DNA of 64,000 nt. Source: an uncultured marine group I thaumarchaeote. Its GTDB lineage: Archaea > Thermoproteota > Nitrososphaeria > Nitrososphaerales > Nitrosopumilaceae. Shown here piece by piece: positions 10,638 to 20,155 of the stretch; the stretch's first letter is position 1, and the number at the start of each line of letters is the position of its first letter. The notes beneath the pieces are model-generated. The model saw only the letters and a program-made list of their open reading frames with translations, was not told the origin of the DNA and searched no databases. A program made the translations under genes and the position numbers. Location: contig CACLNC010000001.1 in the NCBI GenBank assembly GCA_902608175.1, forward strand, positions 1,795 to 65,794, written 5' to 3'.

Positions 10638-10711
10638 GGGCCCGTAACTCAGCCTAGTAGAGTACTCGGCTCATAACCGAGGAGCCAAGGGAGCGAAGCC
10701 CTTCGGGCCCA
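10638..10711 (+). tRNA. tRNA with CAT anticodon, most likely tRNA-Ile2 (agmatidine type)
   Basis: GGGCCCG/CGGGCCC-A acceptor stem resembles the tRNA-Ile(GAT) in this window; anticodon arm CTCGG-CT CAT AA-CCGAG; atypical T-loop AGCGAAG. Confidence 0.85.
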
Positions 10712-10755
10712 CTTAATTATTCAGTTAGTTTTAAAGTGAGTTTTTCTTATAACAT

Positions 10756-10822
10756 TTGGCTGCAATGAAGAATCAGAGTTATATCTGAATAATGATGTTA
10801 AGGCATTTGTCTGAGCTGCCAA
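10756..10822 (+). ncRNA. Box C/D methylation-guide sRNA (23S helix 69/71 region)
   Basis: Terminal stem TTGGC/GCCAA; C ATGAAGA, D' CTGA, C' ATGATGT, D CTGA; guides TCAGAGTTA and AAGGCATTTG; TTTTAAA box about 20-25 nt upstream. Confidence 0.85.
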
Positions 10823-10828
10823 TTACTT

Positions 10829-11386
10829 TTATTTTTTTGGTATTTCATTAATAATTTGTTCAATATCAACTAGACTATGTAATTTTACTCCTTCAGCCTT
10901 TAACGCAGTTATTGCATCACCATCTGATCTATCTATTATTACAAATGCATCTGTAATTGTCAGTCCAGATTTCTTGAGTATTTTTATTGCATTTACTACA
11001 GAATCACCTGTTGTTGCAACATCATCTATCATCAATAATTTCATATCTTGACAAATCACACCCTCTATTGATTGGGAAGTTCCATGTTCTTTCGGTTTAT
11101 TTCTGACATAGATTAATGGTTTAACAATCTCAGTCGCCAATGAAGATGCAACAACTAATCCGCCAGTTGGTACAGATACTAATGAATGGAAATTTTCAAA
11201 TCCTATTTCATCTGAAATTCTGTTTTGAAGCTGTTTGACCATCTTTCTGAATTCATGTGGATAGCTAGCAACTAGTCTTAGATCAATATAATATTGGCTT
11301 TTTTTCCCACTAGCAAGTGTAAAATCTCCAAATTTTATTATGTTTTTTTCATGCAAAAACGTTGCAAATTCTTTCACAAACTCCAT
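10829..11386 (-). CDS. pyrE: Orotate phosphoribosyltransferase
   Basis: FTLASGKKS.YY.D and IDDVATTG PRPP-binding motif. Confidence 0.95.
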   Translation of the reverse strand: MEFVKEFATFLHEKNIIKFGDFTLASGKKSQYYIDLRLVASYPHEFRKMVKQLQNRISDEIGFENFHSLVSVPTGGLVVASSLATEIVKPLIYVRNKPKEHGTSQSIEGVICQDMKLLMIDDVATTGDSVVNAIKILKKSGLTITDAFVIIDRSDGDAITALKAEGVKLHSLVDIEQIINEIPKK

Positions 11387-11436
11387 ACCAAAATTAACTT
11401 AACTGGATTTATTTTGGTTTGGGTTATGTGTATTGT

Positions 11437-12528
11437 ATGCCTGAAATCTGGCTTAATTATGGAATAAATGATGTTGTTCTTGATATACAGGCAGAGAATT
11501 TTGATGAAAAAATTTCCAATAATGGTTCAATTTTAGAAGATACTAAACTTACGGAGAAACTAGATACTCTTGATCTCACAAAACCATTAGAATTAGTCAT
11601 TTCAAACTATTCAAATAGTGTTCAAAAAGTTTTAACAAAGATTTTTGAGAAATGTGAAGAAAAATCAATTTCAAAACCAAAAATATTTGCACAAAAGAGA
11701 ATCATAAATCTCATAAAAGAATACAATCCGGAGGATAGCGTAATTTCTGAGTTTGAAGCAAATTCGCTTGAGAATTCAAACTTAGTATTTATCGGTGAAA
11801 TGGAGTTTAATGGTTTGTTTGGATTTGATACAATATCTACTCGTTTATTAAAACAATTTGGTAATGAAAAAATGCTTGAAGCCTTTTCAAAACGTAATGG
11901 TGATCTACCATGTCCAGGTAAGGAAGTTCCAAGTATACAGATTGCAAAAGAATTTACAGATTCTTTCGATATTTCTTCTATAGAAATTATTAGTAATACA
12001 GACGGACTACTAGATTTAGAAGTTGGTCATCCATCAAAAACAATGTCAATAGCAAAATCCTTTGCAAATACTGCATTAAAGCAGACAGAGACGCATAGAA
12101 CATTCATAGTTAGTACAGGAAAAGATTCCAGCAATGATAGTTTTTCAAAATCACTAAATTCAATTTGGAATATATATAATTCTGTAAAAAATGATGGTCT
12201 TGTTATCTTACTTGCTGAATGTAAAATTGGAATTGGTTCTGGTGCAATCCAACAGTATATTGATGGCCGTATCACTGTTGAGAGAATAAAAAACTCAACC
12301 AAATATGTTGATGGAATGGAAGATCTTCTATATCTTCAAGAAATTCAGAAGAGACTCCATATAGGTTTAGTTTCAATTTTACCTGAATTTTATTTGAAGA
12401 AGCTTGACATAAAATTACTTGATGGAATAAAAAAATCACTGGATTATATACTAAAAATTCATGGACCAAACCAAAAAATCAAAGTTATAGAAGATGGTGC
12501 AAGAGTTATTTTAGAAGGGAAGAATTGA
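11437..12528 (+). CDS. LarA/DUF2088-like protein, apparently catalytically degenerate
   Basis: N-terminal EIWLNYG and VKNDGLVILLAECKIGIGS resemble the lactate racemase family. Confidence 0.55.
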   Translation: MPEIWLNYGINDVVLDIQAENFDEKISNNGSILEDTKLTEKLDTLDLTKPLELVISNYSNSVQKVLTKIFEKCEEKSISKPKIFAQKRIINLIKEYNPEDSVISEFEANSLENSNLVFIGEMEFNGLFGFDTISTRLLKQFGNEKMLEAFSKRNGDLPCPGKEVPSIQIAKEFTDSFDISSIEIISNTDGLLDLEVGHPSKTMSIAKSFANTALKQTETHRTFIVSTGKDSSNDSFSKSLNSIWNIYNSVKNDGLVILLAECKIGIGSGAIQQYIDGRITVERIKNSTKYVDGMEDLLYLQEIQKRLHIGLVSILPEFYLKKLDIKLLDGIKKSLDYILKIHGPNQKIKVIEDGARVILEGKN

Positions 12529-13602
12529 TGATGGAATTGGCGCACATAGAAGTGCAAGAATAATTACTAGAATATAGATAATTTTTCTATTCTTTGATAA
12601 TGGAGAAATATCATCAAGTGGTTTTGCATCAGGGGATCTTGAGCTCATTACTAGTATCAACATAGCCATCACCCAATAACCTAACAAGACTAGAACTCCC
12701 ATACTAGCATACGTTGCAATTTTGTGCCATTTCTGTCCTAAAATTACTCTTGACATATGTCCACCGTCAAGCTGCCATGCTGGAAGTAAATTCAAAAATG
12801 TAATCAAGAATCCTATCCACGCAGCAAACATAATTGGTGACATTATTACATCAATGTCATCGCCATTTTTATCAAATAATTCTAAAGTTGCTAACATAAT
12901 GATATTGTCGTTTATGTCCATGATTTGTGATGTTTGGTACAGACCTTGTGCAGTTACACTATCAATTACTGGTGATGTGTATGCACCAAACAATGAAACA
13001 ATCACTGCTATAACTAATCCTGCAATTGGTCCAGCAATTGCAATGTCAAATAAGATATCCTTGTTTATTGTTATACTGCGAGATTGAATTAGTGCACCAA
13101 ATGTTGGAATTCCAAATACAGGAATACCTGGTATAAAATAAGGCCAGGTAGTTTTTATTTTATGCATTCTTGCTGCAAGCAAATGTCCTGCTTCATGAAC
13201 TCCTAAAATTCCAATCAATGCCCAAGCGTAAAGTATTGCTACTCCAACTGGATCACCAATCATTGAGAGTGAATTTACTCCAAGTGTTCTATAATATCCA
13301 TCAATTAAAACAAAGATTACCGTAATTACAAAAAGTAATCTTGGTGTCCATGATGTTGATAACCATCTTCTTTGTTTTCTAGGAGGATATTTACTTACAA
13401 TAAGGAGTATCTTTTCTTGTCTTTTTTCAATTCTTCCTATAAGATTTCTATCCTCAAGTTTTTGGCAAAGTTCTACAAATTTTAACTTGAATTCATAATT
13501 TCCAAGCTCAAATTGAAGAGTAGTTAATGATGTTACTAATGAAGAGTATGGAAAATATGATGATACTAATGAGACTATATCTTCCTGCGTTGATTCATAC
13601 AT
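12511..13602 (-). CDS. Site-2 (M50 family) intramembrane metalloprotease
   Basis: HEAGH, AGP and NLLPxxxLDGG motifs. Confidence 0.93.
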   Translation of the reverse strand: MYESTQEDIVSLVSSYFPYSSLVTSLTTLQFELGNYEFKLKFVELCQKLEDRNLIGRIEKRQEKILLIVSKYPPRKQRRWLSTSWTPRLLFVITVIFVLIDGYYRTLGVNSLSMIGDPVGVAILYAWALIGILGVHEAGHLLAARMHKIKTTWPYFIPGIPVFGIPTFGALIQSRSITINKDILFDIAIAGPIAGLVIAVIVSLFGAYTSPVIDSVTAQGLYQTSQIMDINDNIIMLATLELFDKNGDDIDVIMSPIMFAAWIGFLITFLNLLPAWQLDGGHMSRVILGQKWHKIATYASMGVLVLLGYWVMAMLILVMSSRSPDAKPLDDISPLSKNRKIIYILVIILALLCAPIPSSILPF

Positions 13603-13676
13603 AATATGTTATAATATTCATGACCATATTGGTTTTTCCAGTTTAAAATTAAATATTTGGAAATAAATTGAGAAAT

Positions 13677-14183
13677 ATGCAAGTAATTTTGAGGCAAGTT
13701 GGAGATGCCATAATTCGTCGATGTGAACCATCAGATCTGATATCAGTTATGGAGATCAATATGAAAACATTACCGGAACATTATTCTGATTATTTCTATG
13801 AGAGCCTACTATCCGATATCCCTGAAGCATTTATTGTTGCTGAGATGCATGGAAAGCATGTTGGATATATTATGTGTAAAACTGAATTTGGGTTTTCAAA
13901 TTTTAAAAAATTAGGATTTGTAAAGAAGGGACATGTTGTTTCAGTTGCAGTACTAGATGAATATAGAAATAAAGGAATTGGGAAAGCACTCATTGAAGAA
14001 TCTAATCTGGGTGTTAAATTAAGACAATGTGTTGAAATGTATCTTGAAGTACGTTGTAGCAATAATGATGCAGTAAAACTTTACGAAAATCTTGGTTACA
14101 TAGTAAAACAACGATTGCGTTCTTACTATAGAGATGGGGAAGATGCTTACTTGATGGTAATAGAGTTTTCAAATCAAGATTAA
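13677..14183 (+). CDS. N-terminal acetyltransferase, Ard1/RimI-like GNAT
   Basis: LPEHY, GHVVSVAV, YLEVRxSN and YYRDGEDA motifs. Confidence 0.9.
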   Translation: MQVILRQVGDAIIRRCEPSDLISVMEINMKTLPEHYSDYFYESLLSDIPEAFIVAEMHGKHVGYIMCKTEFGFSNFKKLGFVKKGHVVSVAVLDEYRNKGIGKALIEESNLGVKLRQCVEMYLEVRCSNNDAVKLYENLGYIVKQRLRSYYRDGEDAYLMVIEFSNQD

Positions 14184-14214
14184 AATAAATACCAGCTGTC
14201 AACACTTAGCTCTA

Positions 14215-14436
14215 ATGGCAAAAAGACAAGGAACTGGAATTATGATTTTTGTTCTGTCAATTGGTGGTTTTTTCCTCTATGCATATTTGTTAATGCTTTC
14301 AGAATGGAGTCCTGTAGTTTTACAACTTAGTATTTTGATGATAGTTGGTGGTATACTTGGTGTAATATCATGGTTAGGTTATCAAATGGCAACTACTTCT
14401 AAGTCACCACCATCATTCATAGAAGATGATAATTAA
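14215..14436 (+). CDS. Small two-TM hypothetical membrane protein
   Basis: 73-aa ORF with two hydrophobic helices filling the gap between genes. Confidence 0.7.
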   Translation: MAKRQGTGIMIFVLSIGGFFLYAYLLMLSEWSPVVLQLSILMIVGGILGVISWLGYQMATTSKSPPSFIEDDN

Positions 14437-15273
14437 TTATTTTTTTATTTGTACATCAACAACTGTTTGATAAAACCTAGGTCCAACTGGTCGGACTATT
14501 CTTGAATTCAGAATTTTTGATTCAACTTTACTATTATTTAGATAATGTTCTTCAGAAAATTTTGCTGCGTCTTGTTTTTTGTCAGCATGTATATGTGAAT
14601 AATAATGAATAATTCCATTATTTTTTGTAGCTAAAATTGCTGTTTCTAAAAATTCATCAGATCTTTCAGGAAGAAGCATTAAAACTCTATCCGCCAAATT
14701 TTGTAGTTTATCTTGAATTATTTTTACCGAGTCACCATTTAATGATATTACTTTACCCTTGAGTTTGTTTAGTTCAATATTTTTTTCACATAGAAGTGAT
14801 GCATTAGGATTAATGTCTATATTGTAAACTGTGCATTTACTTATTTTTGCCGCTAATATTGAAAACATTCCAATACCACCAAACATATTGATTATTATTT
14901 CACCATCATGCGTTAGATTTGCGATTCTTTCACGTTCAGTAGACAATCTAGGTGAAAAAAATGCTTTTTCCACATCTACAAGAAATCTACACCCACTTTC
15001 TTTATACTCAGTTTCTGTATTATCCTCACCAGCTAAAATTTCCAAATTTCTTGTTCTAAATTCACCTTCTACTGGTGATGATTGATAAAAAACAGATCTT
15101 GTGGTTTTTACTTGATCTAATAATGTCTCTCCAATGATTTTCTTTTTTGATTTTAAAGAATCTGGAATTCTTAGCACAATAATTTCACCTACCTGATCAA
15201 ATGACGAAAATAATTCTTCACTTTCACTAGGTGAAAGTATATTTTCAAGTGCTTTTTTCAACATTCGTGTCAA
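14437..15273 (-). CDS. Trm5/TYW2-family SAM-dependent tRNA methyltransferase
   Basis: FFSPRLSTER, MFGGIG and DINP motifs. Confidence 0.88.
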   Translation of the reverse strand: MTRMLKKALENILSPSESEELFSSFDQVGEIIVLRIPDSLKSKKKIIGETLLDQVKTTRSVFYQSSPVEGEFRTRNLEILAGEDNTETEYKESGCRFLVDVEKAFFSPRLSTERERIANLTHDGEIIINMFGGIGMFSILAAKISKCTVYNIDINPNASLLCEKNIELNKLKGKVISLNGDSVKIIQDKLQNLADRVLMLLPERSDEFLETAILATKNNGIIHYYSHIHADKKQDAAKFSEEHYLNNSKVESKILNSRIVRPVGPRFYQTVVDVQIKK

Positions 15274-17054
15274 CGTCTATAATAATAGTTTGAAGATGAT
15301 TTTTGTTCTTTATCCAATCTACTCCCTTCTTTATTTACTCGTGGACGAAGACTTTTTTCGTCTCTTCTAAAAGTGATCTCAAGTGATTTAAGAAATTGAT
15401 TCATAGCTTCAGATTTTGACATTGGTGATGATGCATTACCTTCTATACTTGGTGTTCCTTCAAAAATAATCATGGAATCTGAAACCAGATCCATTAGTTG
15501 CATATCGTGATCAATAATAATTGCTGACTTTCCAAATGAACGAACAAATTTTTGTAGAAACTTTCCAACAGCAATTCTGTCTTCAACATCTAAGAATGCA
15601 GATGGTTCATCCAATGCATACAAATCAACTTTTTGTAAGAGGCATGATGCAACAGATACTTTTTGTAATTCACCACCAGACAAGTTTTTAATAGATTTAT
15701 TATATAATTTTTTAATTTTTAGTGGAGCAACAATTTGTTCTTCTTCTATACTTCCTTCAATTGGTCCTTGATTTGCTTTATCTAATACTGATATCACTTC
15801 AACATCAGTATCATTTGAAAGATATTGTGGTTTGTATGCAATCTTTAGTTTTTTATCAATGGTTCCAACATCAGGTTTTTCAACCCCTGCAATCATTTTC
15901 ATCAATGTAGTTTTTCCTAATGCATTTGCTCCCATAATTCCAACTAATTCACCCTTACCAACAGATCCAGGCTCAATAGTTACTGAGAACGATGGATATT
16001 TCTTTACAAGTTTTGTATATGATATTATTGATTCTCCCTGTTGAAACTCATCTTGTGATGTTGATGCTTCAAATGTGAATTTTTTATCACGGAATCTTAC
16101 ATTTTCATTTGGTAAATAACCATCCAGGAATACATTAATCCCTACTTTTGTTGACATGATACCAGATACAATACCGTATGCAGCTGGAACACCATACAAT
16201 ACTTCAATGTAGTCACTAAGATAATCTAGTAGTGTCATATCGTGTTCAACAACCATCACACTTTTCCCCATTTCAGCTAAACTATGAATTACTCTAGCTA
16301 CACCAGCTCTTTGAAAAACGTCATTATATGAAGATGGTTCATCAAAAAAGTAAAAGTCCGCATCTTTTGATGCTGTCACAGTAACTGCTAATCTTTGTAG
16401 TTCACCACCGCTTAGCTCTTTTAGATTTTGTTCTAGTGAATTTTCAAGGCTTAATTTTTTTACCAAGTCTCGTGATACACCACGCTCATCGTACTTTTCT
16501 AACAGTTCTTTTCCAGTTCCATCAAACGCATTTACAATATGATGTACCTGTTGTGGTTTTATTGATGACTTAATCTGATTTTCTTTTATAAGCTCAAAAT
16601 GTGATTTAAGTTCTGTTCCACTATAAAATTTTAGAATTTCATCCCAGTCTGGCGGCTGTTCATAGTTTCCTAAATTTGGTTTAACATTTCCAGAAAGAAT
16701 ATTCACAACAGTACTTTTTCCCATTCCATTTCTACCCAATAGACCAACTACCTCGCCTTTTTTTGGTGTTGGAAGCTTGTAAAGCCTAAATGAGTTAATT
16801 CCGTACTGATGAATTTTATCAGTTCCAATCTCTGTGGCTAGATTTACAATTGTTATTGCGTCAAATGGACAAACTTTAACACAAATACCACATCCATTAC
16901 AAATATTCTCATCTATCTGTGCTTTTTTTGTCTCTTCGTTGAGTACTATACAATCCGCACCAGATTTGTTTACAGGACAATATTTTATACATTCTAGCCC
17001 GCATTTTCTTGGTTGACAAAGATCCTTATCTAAAACCGCAACTCTATGTGTCAT
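15270..17054 (-). CDS. Ribosome recycling ATPase ABCE1/RLI
   Basis: N-terminal Fe-S Cys cluster, two Walker A and two LSGGELQ signatures. Confidence 0.97.
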   Translation of the reverse strand: MTHRVAVLDKDLCQPRKCGLECIKYCPVNKSGADCIVLNEETKKAQIDENICNGCGICVKVCPFDAITIVNLATEIGTDKIHQYGINSFRLYKLPTPKKGEVVGLLGRNGMGKSTVVNILSGNVKPNLGNYEQPPDWDEILKFYSGTELKSHFELIKENQIKSSIKPQQVHHIVNAFDGTGKELLEKYDERGVSRDLVKKLSLENSLEQNLKELSGGELQRLAVTVTASKDADFYFFDEPSSYNDVFQRAGVARVIHSLAEMGKSVMVVEHDMTLLDYLSDYIEVLYGVPAAYGIVSGIMSTKVGINVFLDGYLPNENVRFRDKKFTFEASTSQDEFQQGESIISYTKLVKKYPSFSVTIEPGSVGKGELVGIMGANALGKTTLMKMIAGVEKPDVGTIDKKLKIAYKPQYLSNDTDVEVISVLDKANQGPIEGSIEEEQIVAPLKIKKLYNKSIKNLSGGELQKVSVASCLLQKVDLYALDEPSAFLDVEDRIAVGKFLQKFVRSFGKSAIIIDHDMQLMDLVSDSMIIFEGTPSIEGNASSPMSKSEAMNQFLKSLEITFRRDEKSLRPRVNKEGSRLDKEQKSSSNYYYRR

Positions 17055-17136
17055 ATTCTTAGTTTTTTCCTCTTTAATTTATACCTCATTTGAAAACTTC
17101 GTTACCTTAATAGAGAACTAGATTTGATGCATTAAC

Positions 17137-17254
17137 AAGCCGGTCATAGCGTTGGGGTGCGACCCAGTCCCGTTCCGAACCTGGAAGTCAAACCCAATGT
17201 CGCTGCTGTGTTACTAAGATGCGAGAGCTCTTGGGAAGCAACAGTGCTGGCATC
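17137..17254 (+). rRNA. rrf: 5S rRNA (unlinked from 16S/23S; ends approximate)
   Basis: GCCGG/CTGGC helix I, CCCGTTCCGAAC loop C, GAAGTCAAAC, GCGAGAGC; about 118 nt GC-rich island. Confidence 0.92.
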
Positions 17255-17300
17255 TTTATTTTTCAAATAAACTATTAACTGACTTTTTTTATCTAAAAGT

Positions 17301-17429
17301 ATGTCTACATGTTCAGTTTGTGGAGAAACATTTTCTGATGATATAAGATTTCTTAATCATATGATGGAGAAACATGGATTTAGAAATCCAAACATTGACA
17401 AGCCTGATAGAAACCAGCGTGGATACTGA
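17301..17429 (+). CDS. 42-aa C2H2 zinc-finger microprotein (absent from ORF track)
   Basis: MSTCSVCGETFSDDIRFLNHMMEKHGF...: C-x2-C-x3-F-x8-H-x4-H; stop overlaps next ATG (TGATG). Confidence 0.8.
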   Translation: MSTCSVCGETFSDDIRFLNHMMEKHGFRNPNIDKPDRNQRGY

Positions 17430-17989
17430 TGGACTTTGCATGCATCAAAGATTGCTCTCAATGCTGTGTTGAGAGAGAGTATTATCCATCAAAACGATAT
17501 GGTAAGATTGGTGTTTTGATACTTCCTGAAGAGAAAGAAAATATTGAATTACTTGCTAAAAAATTTGGATTAGAAATTACTATTTTACCACGAATTGGTA
17601 TATCAAATGAAACTTCTGACAAACCAACTCAAATAATTGCATATCAGATGATGGGAAAAGAGAAGAACGGAAATACTTGTCCATTTCTTGATACGGAGAC
17701 TACAGATCGTTCACCACATGGTGGTTTCCCATGTAAAATATATCAGAGTAGACCACTTGCATGTAAAGCGTATCCTGTTATTGAGTCAAATCCTATTATG
17801 CTGGATTCTAAATGTAAATTTTGTCAAGAGTATGGCTCTACTGATAAAAACTTGAACTCAGAACTAGAATCACTTGTGAAAATTAAAAATGCAATGAATA
17901 CAGATTCAACTGTTATTTGGAGATTTGCTACTGGTATAGGAGAAGATTCTGATAAAGAAAATATAGAACTTGGATGGTTCCGAGAATAA
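17429..17989 (+). CDS. YkgJ-family cysteine-cluster protein
   Basis: CxxxCxxCC, CPFL and CxIYxxRPxxCxxYP motifs. Confidence 0.88.
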   Translation: MDFACIKDCSQCCVEREYYPSKRYGKIGVLILPEEKENIELLAKKFGLEITILPRIGISNETSDKPTQIIAYQMMGKEKNGNTCPFLDTETTDRSPHGGFPCKIYQSRPLACKAYPVIESNPIMLDSKCKFCQEYGSTDKNLNSELESLVKIKNAMNTDSTVIWRFATGIGEDSDKENIELGWFRE

Positions 17990-17992
17990 TTT

Positions 17993-18376
17993 CTAATTCT
18001 TTATTTTGATTTTTCTACTATTTGTTAGTAAGCTCACTGATCTAAAAAAAACTGCAGCTGTATCATTACATTTTATATCACATGATTCTTGAAATACCAT
18101 ATTTTCCGAATTATTATCCTTAACATGTAAAATTGCAGAAAACAGTGGACCAAGTGCAGCTCTTCCTCCATATGCAGTTTTACTATCAATAAACCAAAAC
18201 ATCTCTAATGCACTTTGGTCAAGAAAATTTTCTCTAATTTGTTTCCCAAAATCTGTATAATGTCCAATTAGCCGTAGTCTTCCTTTTGCTAGATAGTTTA
18301 CAACTCTGGCGAATTGAATACAAACACGACATTGATTATCATAAATTATAAGAGGTACAGAATCTTTTAGTTCCAT
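17993..18376 (-). CDS. DCC1-like (DUF393) thiol-disulfide oxidoreductase
   Basis: YDxxCxxC motif. Confidence 0.8.
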   Translation of the reverse strand: MELKDSVPLIIYDNQCRVCIQFARVVNYLAKGRLRLIGHYTDFGKQIRENFLDQSALEMFWFIDSKTAYGGRAALGPLFSAILHVKDNNSENMVFQESCDIKCNDTAAVFFRSVSLLTNSRKIKIKN

Positions 18377-18487
18377 ACTATCCTAGCGATCAAAGCAGAT
18401 TAAAATTTTCGCAATTTTGTAATTTACGAATAAAAAATCTCGGTTAAATCAAATGCAATTATACGTATGTAACTCTAATTTTTATTA

Positions 18488-20155
18488 TTGGGGCTAAATT
18501 ACTATAAAATCAAAAGGAATGTCCTAAAGGCAAGAAAGCTTGTAATTCAAGGAACATCTGCTGCGGGATCTGGTCATCCAGGTGGTTCATTTTCTATGGC
18601 AGAGATATTGGGTTGTATTTTTTACAAACATTTGAAATATGATCCAAAAAACCCAACCTGGGAAGAACGTGATAAATTTATTCTTTCAAAAGGTCATGCA
18701 TCGCCAGGTCTTTTTTCAAACATGGCAGTTGCTGGTTATTTTGATACCTCACAGATGAAGACATTACGACAGTTTGGTAGTAAGCTTCAGGGTCATCCTG
18801 ATTTGAAATGCCCAGGAGTAGAATTCTGCGGTGGTTCACTAGGAATTGGCCTTTCATATTCTATTGGGAATGCATTAGCGGCAAAACTAGATGGAAAAGA
18901 TCAAATGATATACACTGTTATGGGTGATGGTGAATCAGACGAGGGGCAAGTATGGGAAGCTGCAATGGCAGCAGCAAAATACAAAGTTGATAATATGACT
19001 GTCATACTTGATAGAAATTTTATTCAGCAAGATTCTTACACAGAAAAAATTATGCCATTAGATGAAGAATTAGTTGGAGATGATCTAACAGATATGTGGA
19101 AAGATGCAAGTAGATGGAAGACTGGTGATAAATGGCGCTCTTTTGGATGGAATGTAATTGATGTTGATGGACATAGAATTGAGCAAATTTCTAATGCAAT
19201 TAATAAAGCAAATCAAACTAAAGGAATTCCATCAATCATAATTGCAAGAACAATTAAGGGAAAAGGAGTTGAACACATGGAAGATAACCCACAATGGCAT
19301 GGTAAAGCACCAAAACCAGAGTTTGTTCCAATTATTGAACAAGAATTAGAATCACAATTTATGATTGCACCATCGATTATAGCTGGGGATATGTCAAATC
19401 TCGAAAAAGAAGTAAGACGATGTGAAGAAGGAAGAGCCGATTACATACATTTGGATGTAATGGATGGTCAATTTGTTCCAAATACAACTTTTGATCATAC
19501 AAAAATTAAAGAGTTGCGTCCACATACGGTAATTCCATTTGATACACATCTAATGATTAATGATCCTGTGAAACATGTGGGTGATTATATTGATGCAGGT
19601 AGTGATATCATAACAGTTCATGCAGAGGTTTGTGATGAATCTAGCTTTGGAGAAATTTCTGATATGTTAGAATCAAATCAAGTTGGAATAGGACTTGCAA
19701 TAAATCCAGATACTGAATTACCTGAGTGGTCATACAAATTTATTCCATTATTAGATCAAATAATTATAATGTCAGTGGTTCCAGGCAAATCTGGGCAAAA
19801 ATATATTTTATCAACTCATGAAAAAACTCAAAGAATAATAAAACAACTCCACGAAAATCATTTTGAAGGGTATATTGAGGCTGATGGTGGAGTCAATTTA
19901 GATAATATTGGTGCATGTTTTGAGGATGGAGCAAGGGCATTTGTGGGTGGAAGCGCAATAATTGGACAGAGTGATGTTAGATTAATAATTAAAGAATTTA
20001 GAAATCAAGTTCTTCATTCTAGGAGACAACTTCTGATTAAAAAGGCACATAATCTAGGCGGAATTGAACTTGTAAATCAGTGGATTGATTTACACGTTGT
20101 AGGAAAGAAAAAAGATAGCTTAGTTCAGATTGCAAAGGAGTTGGGATTTCAATGA
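18488..20155 (+). CDS. Fusion of transketolase N-terminal subunit and ribulose-phosphate 3-epimerase
   Basis: GHPGGS, LSKGH and GDGE TPP motif, then IAPSI, HLDVMDG, HLM and DGGVN Rpe motifs in one ORF. Confidence 0.93.
   Translation: MGLNYYKIKRNVLKARKLVIQGTSAAGSGHPGGSFSMAEILGCIFYKHLKYDPKNPTWEERDKFILSKGHASPGLFSNMAVAGYFDTSQMKTLRQFGSKLQGHPDLKCPGVEFCGGSLGIGLSYSIGNALAAKLDGKDQMIYTVMGDGESDEGQVWEAAMAAAKYKVDNMTVILDRNFIQQDSYTEKIMPLDEELVGDDLTDMWKDASRWKTGDKWRSFGWNVIDVDGHRIEQISNAINKANQTKGIPSIIIARTIKGKGVEHMEDNPQWHGKAPKPEFVPIIEQELESQFMIAPSIIAGDMSNLEKEVRRCEEGRADYIHLDVMDGQFVPNTTFDHTKIKELRPHTVIPFDTHLMINDPVKHVGDYIDAGSDIITVHAEVCDESSFGEISDMLESNQVGIGLAINPDTELPEWSYKFIPLLDQIIIMSVVPGKSGQKYILSTHEKTQRIIKQLHENHFEGYIEADGGVNLDNIGACFEDGARAFVGGSAIIGQSDVRLIIKEFRNQVLHSRRQLLIKKAHNLGGIELVNQWIDLHVVGKKKDSLVQIAKELGFQ

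Noticed and set aside
17137-17254. 5S rRNA separated from 16S/23S as a novelty
   Set aside because: Unlinked 5S is the normal arrangement in Nitrososphaerota and other TACK archaea.
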